Made by a program: the position numbers and the translations under genes. Under the pieces are notes generated by a model. That model was not told where the DNA came from and searched no databases. It worked only from the letters and a program-made list of their open reading frames with translations. A DNA stretch of 64,000 nt from a virus. Taxonomy: Duplodnaviria > Caudoviricetes. Location of the stretch: positions 1,841-65,840 of IMG/VR virus record IMGVR_UViG_3300020577_002599, one strand, 5' to 3'. How positions within the stretch are numbered: position 1 is the first letter of the stretch; each line of letters starts with the position of its first letter. Below are positions 1 through 9,304 of this stretch, in pieces.

Positions 1-165
1 AGGAAAAATATTTTATTATTAACTACAATATTACATCACAAAAAGTATTTACTATTTAAAAAATATTTATTAATTTTGAAAAACAAATAAAGGTGCTTAT
101 CGCTGTTGGGCTTTTCTCAGCAGTATCAGGAATAAGTTAAATGTGAGTTCGTCAAGCCTTTAAAA

Positions 166-310
166 TCCAGAGTGGCGGAACTGGGATTCTGAAATACTGC
201 TAGTCGTTAAAGTAGGAATAACCCATTGGTAGACGCAGGGAAACAGCGACGTGTAGTGTATAATCGAAGTCGAGACACCCTTTTTACAGGTTCGAATCCT
301 GTCTCTGGAA
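166..310 (+). ncRNA. tRNA-like RNA with D-loop insertion and aberrant anticodon arm
   Basis: Perfect 7-bp acceptor stem TCCAGAG(166-172)/CTCTGGA(303-309); T arm ACAGG-TTCGAAT-CCTGT (286-302); D arm GCGGAA...TGGTAGACGC interrupted by a ~44-nt hairpin (182-225); no 7-nt anticodon loop. Confidence 0.7.
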
Positions 311-597
311 CATAGTAGAGTAAGACTGTAAAACGCTTTCAAACCCTGAAATCGAGGACTCCGTAATGGTCGTTTCACTACACTTGTTTTACTCGGTGAT
401 CTCATAATGAAGTGTAAATTGCGGTATGGGTGACTGCTACGAAAGTGTAGTTTTTTTATTATATCCAACAACAGGAACAAGGGTTAATAGTACTTTACAC
501 AAACGAGTAACCCTGAAAGACCCGTAGGTTCAGCTCTTAGGTGTAATTTAGTTGTTGGGTATTTTTAATGTATCTAGTATTGAATATAAATATTTTG

Positions 598-605
598 TAT
601 CTTTG
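598..605 (+). promoter_or_regulatory. Bacteroidota sigma70-type -7 promoter box for the replication operon
   Basis: TATCTTTG matches the TAnnTTTG consensus, upstream of a structured leader and ORF 760. Confidence 0.7.
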
Positions 606-609
606 CGGA

Positions 610-740
610 GTTGATTCGAGGTGAGAGACGAATTGACCAGGAAAATTAAATAACTTATTTTTTGTATAAAAGTCTTAGCAGACTTGGTATCTCTCACACA
701 CCGAAAGGTGTTCTACCAATCTGTTAGGACTTTTTTTATT
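610..740 (+). ncRNA. Two-hairpin leader with complementary loops ending in a terminator-like U tract
   Basis: Hairpin 1 GTTGATTCG/CGAATTGAC with loop AGGTGAGAGA; hairpin 2 arms 670-689/714-732 (G.U pairs) with TCTCTCAC in the loop; T run 731-737. Confidence 0.6.
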
Positions 741-759
741 AACTTAAAATAAGAAAAGT

Positions 760-945
760 ATGAAAAAAATTGGAAGTTTAGAAGTAGTAAAATACAACTT
801 CGAATTTATTGATGGAAATCCTAAAATTGTTATATCAATGATAAAGGTTTTGGACGAAGATGGTAAATATATTAAGTTTGCCAAGCTAGAAAATATATTA
901 CCTTATTTAAGTAAATACCCAATAGAATTTAAAAATATAGAGTAA
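760..945 (+). CDS. Hypothetical protein (61 aa)
   Basis: ATG ORF preceded by an A-rich start region, abutting the next gene. Confidence 0.6.
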   Translation: MKKIGSLEVVKYNFEFIDGNPKIVISMIKVLDEDGKYIKFAKLENILPYLSKYPIEFKNIE

Positions 946-1895
946 TGACAGGTTGGATAAAAATTCATAGAGAAATAAATAATCATTGGATATGGAATAA
1001 TAGCGATTACCTTAAATGGTGGTTAGATATTCTTATAGAAGCTAATTATTCTGAAGGTGATGTACTGATAAAAGGAACTGTTTTAAAGTGTGGAAGAGGT
1101 GAAAAATTATATTCTATAGAGACGTGGTCTAAGAGATGGAATACCAATAAAAGTAAAGCGAATAGGTTTCTTAAATTGTTAGAAAAGGGGAAAATGATTG
1201 TGCTGAAAAACGAAACGCATACTACACGTCTAACTATCTGTAAATACGATGATTACCAAGACAAAGAAACTGAAAGTGAAACGCAAGTGAAACGCAAACG
1301 AAACGCAAGTGAAACGCAAGTGAAATCAATAAAAGAAGAAAAAGAATATAAAGAAATAAATAACTCTATTGTGGTTTCTTCAAAACCAAATAAAAAGATT
1401 CTTTTATCTGATGTTGATATTAATACCCTTAGTGAACAAGACCGAATATATTTCAAAATAGCTATTGGTTTTAGAGATTTATTTATCAATAATAAAAAGG
1501 CTTTAGGTGTCAATGATTTTAAAGACCAAGAGAATGCGACTTACAAAGGTTATGTAGACCCAATAAGATTGGCTTTCACAGAAGATAAAAAAACAGAGGA
1601 AGATTTCAGAAAGGTATATGCTTTTTTAATGAATGATGAATTCTGGATGAAGAATATAATGTCTACATCTAAGTTAAGAGAAAAAATGTCTGATTTACTT
1701 ATAAGATCATCTTCTATTCCGACTAAGAAACAAGTTTTACCTAAAGATTTTTGGAGAAGAGAACTTACAGATGAACAGAAGAAACTTTTATCTCCAGAGA
1801 ATTTAAAACACTGGGAGAGACAGAAATCTGCAATGCAATTAGAAGGAGGTAGATTACTTCCTGTTAAAATAATTTACGAAGGAGATGAGCAATAA
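945..1895 (+). CDS. Phage replication initiator (lambda O / replisome-organizer-like)
   Basis: N-terminal MTGWIKIHREI..HWIW motif typical of phage initiators; internal iteron repeats; upstream of helicase. Confidence 0.75.
   Translation: MTGWIKIHREINNHWIWNNSDYLKWWLDILIEANYSEGDVLIKGTVLKCGRGEKLYSIETWSKRWNTNKSKANRFLKLLEKGKMIVLKNETHTTRLTICKYDDYQDKETESETQVKRKRNASETQVKSIKEEKEYKEINNSIVVSSKPNKKILLSDVDINTLSEQDRIYFKIAIGFRDLFINNKKALGVNDFKDQENATYKGYVDPIRLAFTEDKKTEEDFRKVYAFLMNDEFWMKNIMSTSKLREKMSDLLIRSSSIPTKKQVLPKDFWRRELTDEQKKLLSPENLKHWERQKSAMQLEGGRLLPVKIIYEGDEQ
1275..1329 (+). repeat. Five tandem 11-bp iterons (AGTGAAACGCA), candidate replication origin
   Basis: Exact units at 1275, 1286, 1308; variants at 1297 and 1319; followed by an A-rich tract at 1330-1365. 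Confidence 0.7.
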
Positions 1896-3744
1896 AAAAA
1901 ATAATCAAATGAAAGTAGCAGTATTTAATAACATAAACGATACATCTGAACCAAGATATGCTGAAGTTTCAAAAATACTTGATTCTATAAAAAATGGTTT
2001 CTTTAAAGATAAAATTGAAGCAATACGAAATGAGAACGACAAAGGAACTCAGAGTAGATTAAAGTCATCTCTTACTTCTATTCTTTTTTCTTCTTCAAAG
2101 CAAGATGGTATTAATTCAGGCAGAAACAACAAGGTTTCATGGAGGACAGACAAAGGTGTCGTAGAGCATAGCGGTCTTATCTGTCTTGACTTAGATAAGT
2201 TTGAAGATGAGTTTGAAATAATATCTGTAAAAGAGGATTTAAAAAAAGACCCTTACGTTTACTCTGTCTTTGTCTCTCCGTCAGGAGAAGGTCTTAAAGT
2301 ATTGGTTAAGATACCAAAAGATATTCAAAACCACAGGAAGTATTTCTATGGACTAAAGAATCATTTTAACTCTCCAAACTTTGATGACTCTTGTGTAAAT
2401 GAGGCTAGAGTTTGTTATGTATCTCACGATGAAGATATATATGTGAACGAAAACTCTAAAGTTTTTACTGATATTGTTGATACAAAAGTACCATCAGTTG
2501 AGGTAAAAGAAACAAAAGTACAAGTTAAAGTAGAGAATGACAGAGTTATTGATGGTCTTTATAAGTGGTGGAATGAAAGGTATGGTCTTGTAGAAGGAGA
2601 AAGAAATAGGAATACTTATATACTTGCTATGGCTTTCAATGAGTTTGGAATACCTGAATTACAAGCTAAGTCGTTTATGTCTCAGTTTGAACACACAGGT
2701 TTTGAGATTCAAGAGATAAATTCTTGTATAGAGAGTGCATACAACAAATCACATCTTTTTGGAACTAAATCTTTTACTGATGATGAAGAGATTTTTAAAG
2801 AGTACTTACCTAATGATGTAGCACCAAAGCAAGTAATTTCAGTTAATCTTGAAAATATATACAAGGCTTCATTTGTAGATGTTACAAAGAAAATTGAATA
2901 TCCTCCAGTAGCTGTTTCAATTGGAACTCATAAACTTGGTAACAAGGATTTTCCAATACCATTTGGTACTTATGGAAATTTTAGTTGTATTGTAGGTCCA
3001 TCAAAGTCAAAGAAAACTTTCTTAAAATCATTAATTACTGCTGCATATATTGGAGGTAAAACATCTAACTATACATCTTCAATAAAGAGTCACAGAGATA
3101 GAGAGTGTTTTATAATTGACATAGACACGGAACAGAGTTCGTGGCACGCACAGAATGTATTTAAGAGGGTTACTAAATTGGTAGGTGTTGACAACTATGA
3201 GTTTTACAAGCCTTTTGCTTTAAGACCATACGAACCAAAAGAAAGACTTCAGTTTATTGAGTGGTTGATTTATGAAAGCGAAATGAAAGATAATATTGGT
3301 CTTGTGGCTATAGATGGTTTGGCAGATTTAGTTAATGATTTCAACGACTTAAAAGAAAGTCAAGCTGTAATTCAGAAGGTAATGAAGTTTACCGATGATA
3401 AGCAATTTCATCTTACAACAATCCTTCACTCTAACTTTGGAACTAATAAAGCAGTAGGACATATAGGTTCTTCAATGTTAAAGAAAGCAGAAACAGTTTG
3501 TCAGGTTGGTCCTGAAGGAGATGCTATTAAAGCTCACTTTAGTCACACAAGAGGTTTTCCAATTGAAGACTTTTACTACTCTGTAAATTCAGATGGTCTT
3601 CCATATATCCTTAACGAAGAAGTTAGACTAATAAAAGTTGATGAAAAGAAAGAACCTGTTGATAGTGGAATTATTTTGCCAACACCTACTCCAAACCAAG
3701 CATTTGACTTAAGAGACGAAATAGATAACCAAATACCTTTTTAA
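1885..3744 (+). CDS. Primase-helicase (BT4734/VirE-N-like, PriCT-1-like and AAA_25/RecA-type helicase domains)
   Basis: HSGLICLDLD..VFVSPSGEGLKV N-domain; EGERNRN..LA PriCT motif; Walker A-like GPSKSKKT, IDIDTEQ, Walker B VAIDGLADL. Confidence 0.8.
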   Translation: MSNKKNNQMKVAVFNNINDTSEPRYAEVSKILDSIKNGFFKDKIEAIRNENDKGTQSRLKSSLTSILFSSSKQDGINSGRNNKVSWRTDKGVVEHSGLICLDLDKFEDEFEIISVKEDLKKDPYVYSVFVSPSGEGLKVLVKIPKDIQNHRKYFYGLKNHFNSPNFDDSCVNEARVCYVSHDEDIYVNENSKVFTDIVDTKVPSVEVKETKVQVKVENDRVIDGLYKWWNERYGLVEGERNRNTYILAMAFNEFGIPELQAKSFMSQFEHTGFEIQEINSCIESAYNKSHLFGTKSFTDDEEIFKEYLPNDVAPKQVISVNLENIYKASFVDVTKKIEYPPVAVSIGTHKLGNKDFPIPFGTYGNFSCIVGPSKSKKTFLKSLITAAYIGGKTSNYTSSIKSHRDRECFIIDIDTEQSSWHAQNVFKRVTKLVGVDNYEFYKPFALRPYEPKERLQFIEWLIYESEMKDNIGLVAIDGLADLVNDFNDLKESQAVIQKVMKFTDDKQFHLTTILHSNFGTNKAVGHIGSSMLKKAETVCQVGPEGDAIKAHFSHTRGFPIEDFYYSVNSDGLPYILNEEVRLIKVDEKKEPVDSGIILPTPTPNQAFDLRDEIDNQIPF

Positions 3745-3747
3745 GAT

Positions 3748-4122
3748 ATGGAACAAACATATAGCGTTGAAGAAACAGCTAAATTAGCGAAAGTTGACAG
3801 ATCAACACTTTTTTACAGAATGAAGGTATTAAATATAAACCAAGACGGATCAAGAAAGAGAGGTAAGAAGGTTTATCTATACCAAGAAGATGTAGATTCC
3901 TTAGTTAATTTTAAGAAGAATAGTTGTAAGCTAATTAAATACGAATCTGATTTTTATAGTAGAAGTAAAATTATTATTTGTGAGTATTACTTATCAAATA
4001 AATACAACGACATTCCAACTATATCAAAGCTTTTTAATATGAAAGAAAGTATGGTACAAAGGATGATAAACGAACTTCTTGAAAATAATTTTGAAATTAT
4101 TGTGAAAAGTAATGGTTTTTAA
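3748..4122 (+). CDS. HTH DNA-binding protein
   Basis: N-terminal YSVEETAKLAKVDRSTL helix-turn-helix and a second C-terminal HTH-like segment. Confidence 0.6.
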   Translation: MEQTYSVEETAKLAKVDRSTLFYRMKVLNINQDGSRKRGKKVYLYQEDVDSLVNFKKNSCKLIKYESDFYSRSKIIICEYYLSNKYNDIPTISKLFNMKESMVQRMINELLENNFEIIVKSNGF

Positions 4123-4159
4123 TTACATTTGAAAAAAAAATAAAATAAAACAAAAGATT

Positions 4160-4339
4160 ATGAAGAAAATAATAACAGTAACAGAGAACGAAACTACAAC
4201 AGTAGAGTTTAGAAATGTAGATGTATCATTAGAGCAAATATTTGATGCATTTAAAGGCTTGCTTGTCGCTGCAACTTGGAATGAAGAAACTATAAACCAA
4301 TTTATAATTGAGTGGGCTGAAGAATTAAAAGAAATATAG
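4160..4339 (+). CDS. Hypothetical protein (59 aa, not in the ORF track)
   Basis: ATG..TAG ORF MKKIITVTENE...EELKEI filling the gap between co-oriented genes. Confidence 0.6.
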   Translation: MKKIITVTENETTTVEFRNVDVSLEQIFDAFKGLLVAATWNEETINQFIIEWAEELKEI

Positions 4340-4342
4340 AAT

Positions 4343-4573
4343 ATGGAAAACAATAATTCAATCACAGCAGTAGAATGGTTAGTAGATCTGCTACAAAAAG
4401 CAGAATATATTCCTAAAGATAGTCTTCTTATTGATTATGTAATTAAACAAGCAAAAGAAATCGAAAAGCAACAGATTATTGATTTTGCAGTATGGTTTAA
4501 TAAGAATGATAATTCTTATAAAAGCTATACGGAAATAGTAGAATAATACTGCAACGAACATTATGCAAAATAA
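4343..4573 (+). pseudogene. TAVEWL-type phage protein with premature TAA at 4544-4546
   Basis: The frame continues YCNEHYAK* after the stop, resembling the usual ..QYYNETY end of this family as I recall it. Confidence 0.45.
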
Positions 4574-5366
4574 TATTATGAAAAACATACACGTATTAAA
4601 AACAGATAAACCAAGTAAGTTACTAAAAGATTTAGTTGATGGATCTTATCAATTTAAAAAAGAAGTGTTATATGGGAACAGGTTTGAATTACCTTCAAGC
4701 ATCTACATCACTTCTGATGAAGAAATTAAAGATGTAAGATTACATAATGGTAAATGGCATTTAGAGAAAGGGAATATTTTAAATAAGTTTCCTGATTACC
4801 TAACTGATTTATCAGAATGTAAATTAGTTATAATGACAACAGACCAAGACTTAATCGAAGATGGTGTACAAGCAATTTCTGATGAGTTTTTGGAGTGGTT
4901 TGTTAAGAATCCAAGTTGTGAATTGGTTTATGTTAGATTTTTTTGTTGCGGAGGATATGATGACAAATGTGAACCTAAATGTTTAAGGAAATCCTATGAA
5001 ATAATCATTCCAAAAGAAGAACCTAAACAAGTTGGACAAGTTACTGAAAAAGGTATTATTGATACTATTAGGAATTGTCCTAATTGCGGTGTTAAATTCC
5101 ATATACATAAAAATATCACAGAACCTAAACAAGAAACAATTGAAGAAGCTGCTGAAAGGATGTCTATTGGAATTAGAGAAGAGGATTATAAAGATGGATT
5201 TATTGAAGGTGCTAAATGGCAACAACAACAAATGTATAGTGATAATTTTTATAGTGATTTATCAGACAAATTTTATGAAAGCAAGTTGTTGCACGATTAT
5301 AAAGATTGCAAAATAGATTATAGATTTATTAGAAATTGGTTTATTGAACAATTTAAAAACAAATAA
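4563..5366 (+). CDS. Mosaic hypothetical protein (EPKQ / QETIEEAAE / GAKWQQ modules, Cys-rich inserts)
   Basis: Long ORF in the + operon with repeated GAACCTAAA anchors and CxxC pairs. Confidence 0.7.
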   Translation: MQNNIMKNIHVLKTDKPSKLLKDLVDGSYQFKKEVLYGNRFELPSSIYITSDEEIKDVRLHNGKWHLEKGNILNKFPDYLTDLSECKLVIMTTDQDLIEDGVQAISDEFLEWFVKNPSCELVYVRFFCCGGYDDKCEPKCLRKSYEIIIPKEEPKQVGQVTEKGIIDTIRNCPNCGVKFHIHKNITEPKQETIEEAAERMSIGIREEDYKDGFIEGAKWQQQQMYSDNFYSDLSDKFYESKLLHDYKDCKIDYRFIRNWFIEQFKNK

Positions 5367-5399
5367 ACTCCGATTGCAAGGATAAGTGCTACAAAAGTT

Positions 5400-7499
5400 A
5401 TGGCAAATTTTGATTCAAAATTAAACATCGATAATTTAGTTACATTTACTCCAATGTTTAAACAAGCTAAAAAATTAGGAATTAAACAAGAAGAAATGTA
5501 TGGTACAGTAGTAGCTGTTAGATTTACTAAAGCTAAAGTGTTCTACGACATATTAGACGACTACTATGGTAAAGTGTTTACAAATGTAGATTCTTCGTAT
5601 GTTAGTGAAATAAAAATTTTTAATAAACTTGAAGAAAGTAAATAAGATATGAAAATTAGAAAATTAGAAACAAGACAACCTTGGTTATGTGAAGTTGATG
5701 GAACTACATATGTTAGAACAGAAATACAATGGACACATGATAGGTCCAATGATATAACTTGGCATCTTAATGAAGACCAAGTCGAAGGTAAAGTTTATCT
5801 TACGAATGAACAATTAGAAAAATTATTCTTGGAAAATAACAGAAAAAATAATAAATAAGATGGTAAATACAAAAGAAAATATTGAAGGATTAAAACAAAT
5901 AGGTTTTAAAGAAGTTAATTCTAAAAAATTAATTTACGAAGATATAGTAGCTTATATGCCTTTAGAAGGAGAGTATATATCTTTTAAGTATAATGGTAAA
6001 CAGTTCCCTGTAATAGATAAAGTTGAATCTATTGAAATGATTATAAAAGGTATTTACGAATATAAATTTTTAAAAACAAATAAGTTATGAAAAGTAGATT
6101 AATTATGACTTAAACCGTACACATCAAAAGAGGTATTAGAAATATTTAAAAAAGAAAAAGGATTATGAAAAACCGAAAACTTGAATTAGATATAATAGTA
6201 GATATTTTATCAAAAATAAAAGAAGATGACTTCTATTTTAAAAGTTACTCAAAAGATATAATAAAAAACTATATAGACCAAGAAAGAGAAAAGATATTGG
6301 ATTTCCTATACAACGAGATATGCGAGAGGAGAGACTACTCTGCTTCAAAAATGTGTGAAAAAGTTATAGAGTTTATAAAAAATATTTCAAATGAAAAAAA
6401 AGACAATTAATATCCCAATATATGAATGCAAACTAACTATGATTTTAGATAAAGACTTGTCCTATGTTGAAAAAAAATATAAGACAAAATCTTTGTCTGA
6501 TTATGGTGCTATAACAATGAGAGTACCTAATAAATTTTCAGAATATGTTGTGGCTTTTGAATATAGTGAAGGAACTATAATAGCACACGAAATAGTTCAT
6601 TTGGTAAACTATATCTATCAAGATAAAGGAATTGAGTTAGATAGATATAATGACGAGCATTCAGCGTATTTAACAGGTTGGTTGTATAAACAAATTGATA
6701 AATTTTTAAACAAATAAGATATGAAAGAGTATAGAAAGATAGCAAAAGTTAATGCTAAATTATTTGAAAAAGGTGATGAAGATGGAATGATTCATAAAGA
6801 CGGAATGATAGGAGCTATGGAAGATGCTAAATATGGTTTTCAGCCTGATTTAGTACCATACATTTCTACTCTTGAAAATCAATTTCATCGTGGCGAATTT
6901 GGAAAACATTATTTATGTGTTGGTATAAATGGCGAAAAGTGGTTAGTTGATAAAGATATATTTGAAAAAACTTATGAAGAAATTTAAAAACAAATAAGAT
7001 ATGGAAAAATTAATCATTAAATTAGAAGATTGGGATTATACTTGTGGTGACGGATGTTGCACAAGTTTTGGTACTCATCTATACTTAAATGGTAAACTCT
7101 TAGAGCATCCTAATCCTGAGATACACGATAATGGATATATAGGAATGGATGTAGAAACACCATTAAAAGCAGTATTAAAAGAATTAGGTTATGAAGTCGT
7201 ATTCGAGTATTAAAATACCAGTGCAAATTATAGATGAAGAAGACTATAATTATAGATTGGTTAGAGAAAGAGACGGTTTAACAAAAACATCAATAGCTGT
7301 CAAATGGTTAGAGTTTGATGAAGAAGGGAAGTATAAAGCTGACTTTCAAGACATTGCTGTTGGCAGAAGTTTATTAATGTCCCCTTTTAAAATATCTTTC
7401 ACTTGGCAAACAACACCTGTTACAGAAATATTAAGTAAAACAGATAATTACATTAGATTTGCAACAGAAAATAGTATTTATGAATTATTTAAAGAATAA
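5400..7499 (+). CDS. Block of small accessory genes (5400-5645, 5649-5858, 5860-6090, 6165-6410, 6391-6717, 6721-6987, 7001-7213, 7191-7499)
   Basis: Tightly packed co-oriented ATG ORFs with a shared junction motif; 6391-6717 has an HExxH zincin-like motif (IAHEIVHL). Confidence 0.7.
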
Positions 7500-7502
7500 T
7501 AT

Positions 7503-7697
7503 ATGACAACACTACAATACGAAGATAGTAATTATAGGTAAAAGCAATTACAAAAAGAAAAAGATGATTTTGCTGTTAAATTTTCTGAATGGGTAGAAAG
7601 TTTAAGAAGTAGTGAAATTGACACTATTGACTACGATTTATACTTGAGATATAATACAGAAGAACTATTAGAAATATTTAAAAAAGAAATAAAATGA
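7503..7697 (+). pseudogene. DFAVKFSEW...ELLEIFKKE-type gene with in-frame TAA at 7539-7541
   Basis: A single stop interrupts an otherwise open 65-codon frame. Confidence 0.55.
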
Positions 7698-7701
7698 GAA
7701 T

Positions 7702-8130
7702 ATGGCATATATGATAAAATGTACTAAGTGCAATGTGTTAAAAGAACAATCTGAATTCTTTAAAGATAAACAAAAGAAATCAGGATATAGACCTGACTGC
7801 AAGAAATGCAATACAATCAAAAGTGTAAAATGGGGTAAAAATAATAAAGATAAGAGGAAATGGTATATGTTAAAGAGCTCCACAGGAATAACAAAAGAGC
7901 AATATAATAAAATGCTAGATAGTCAAAAAGGAGTGTGTGCTATTTGTGAAAGATCTTGCTCTATGAGTCTTGCTGTAGACCACGATCATAAAGATAATAT
8001 GGTTAGAGGTTTACTATGCAATAATTGCAATAGAGGTCTTGGTCATTTAAAAGACGATATTGAAAATCTTGAAAGAGCTATTAATTATTTAAAAAACAAC
8101 AATAAAATATATGAGTTTAAAAAAAAATAA
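7702..8130 (+). CDS. Endonuclease VII-family (HNH-type) nuclease with N-terminal zinc finger
   Basis: CAIC...LAVDHDH...VRGLLCNNCNRGLG motif; N-terminal CxxC...CxxC. Confidence 0.85.
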   Translation: MAYMIKCTKCNVLKEQSEFFKDKQKKSGYRPDCKKCNTIKSVKWGKNNKDKRKWYMLKSSTGITKEQYNKMLDSQKGVCAICERSCSMSLAVDHDHKDNMVRGLLCNNCNRGLGHLKDDIENLERAINYLKNNNKIYEFKKK

Positions 8131-8812
8131 ATCTTTAGTAATTTGGCACATATCCGACACCCACACCTATCACGATTTATTAAAAATACCATCAGGTGTT
8201 GATATGATTATACATTCAGGTGATTGTAGTAATCCAAGAGATCCTTACAATAATGAACTAGAAGTTAGAAACTTTATTGATTGGTACAAAGAATTGCCTG
8301 TTAAATACAAGATTTATGTTGCAGGCAATCACGACACCTCAGTTGAGAAAAAACTTGTAACTAAAAAAGACTTCGAAGACGCAGGAATTATTTACCTTGA
8401 GAATGAGTCTATAATAATTGAAGGTATTAAGATATTTGGATCACCACACACTCCTAACTTTGGTAATTGGGCTTTTATGAAGGAGAGAACAAAGCTTGAG
8501 AGATTTTGGAGATTAGCTATTGATGAAGATGTGGATATTGTTGTTACACACGGACCACCAAAAGGAATTTTAGATAAATCTTACGACCAAAGAAATAATA
8601 TGGAATCTTGCGGAGATAAATCGTTATTAAATAGAATATTAGAGGTACAACCTGCTTATTGTCTTTTTGGGCATATACACAACTGCAAGGATATTATTAA
8701 TGCTGGTATGCAAAAATTAAGTATTTGCGATACTTGGTTTAGTAATGGATCAGTAGTAACAGATGGTAAGTTTGGTAAATTAACTAGTAACGGAAATATA
8801 ATAGAGATATGA
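8111..8812 (+). CDS. Calcineurin-like metallophosphoesterase
   Basis: ISDTH, HSGD, GNHD, THGPP and FGHIH motifs. Confidence 0.9.
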   Translation: MSLKKNKSLVIWHISDTHTYHDLLKIPSGVDMIIHSGDCSNPRDPYNNELEVRNFIDWYKELPVKYKIYVAGNHDTSVEKKLVTKKDFEDAGIIYLENESIIIEGIKIFGSPHTPNFGNWAFMKERTKLERFWRLAIDEDVDIVVTHGPPKGILDKSYDQRNNMESCGDKSLLNRILEVQPAYCLFGHIHNCKDIINAGMQKLSICDTWFSNGSVVTDGKFGKLTSNGNIIEI

Positions 8813-9304
8813 AAAAACTAAAACAAAAAATAGCTAAGTGGCTAAAAATTACAGATGAAGATATTAAGGCAAATGATTATTATCATCCTAAGCTTTTTGG
8901 AGAAGGTAAAACGGTTTCTTATGAAATAAAAGGGTTAGCCGAATCATTTTGTCAATTAACAGAGTGGACCAATGGAGAAGGTTACGACATATCCTTTCAA
9001 ACAAAAACAGATACAAAAAATAATATTTGGGAAGACAAAAGAATATCTTTACACACAGATGAACTTGATGTGTTCTTCGCTTGTCTTAATCACTTTAAAT
9101 ACTTTGGGTAAAATGAAAATAAAATTAGAATTTGAAATAGAAGTTGAGGATGGTTTTTGGTTTGATCCAGATTGCCCAGAAGAAACTGAGTGGTTTATGG
9201 GTATTATGAATGATAAAGAAAATACGTTTGCAATACTTCATAGTAATGAGATTGGAGATAGTTTAGGTGAGTCAAATAATTTTAAATACGAAATAATAAA
9301 ATGA
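8809..9304 (+). CDS. Two small hypothetical proteins (8809-9111; 9113-9304)
   Basis: Co-oriented ATG ORFs; the second probably starts at ATG 9113 rather than 8972. Confidence 0.6.

Noticed and set aside
166-310. Canonical tRNA-Leu/Ser or intron-containing tRNA
   Set aside because: No 5-bp stem with 7-nt anticodon loop can be formed, with or without removing an intron at 37/38.
160-480. 106-aa minus-strand ORF
   Set aside because: Overlaps the tRNA-like and structured RNA cluster; composition reflects RNA stems; no motif.
7702-8130. Endonuclease VII gene as a mobile intron or homing element
   Set aside because: No interrupted host gene or intron structure flanks it; it may be free-standing, but this cannot be shown from the sequence.
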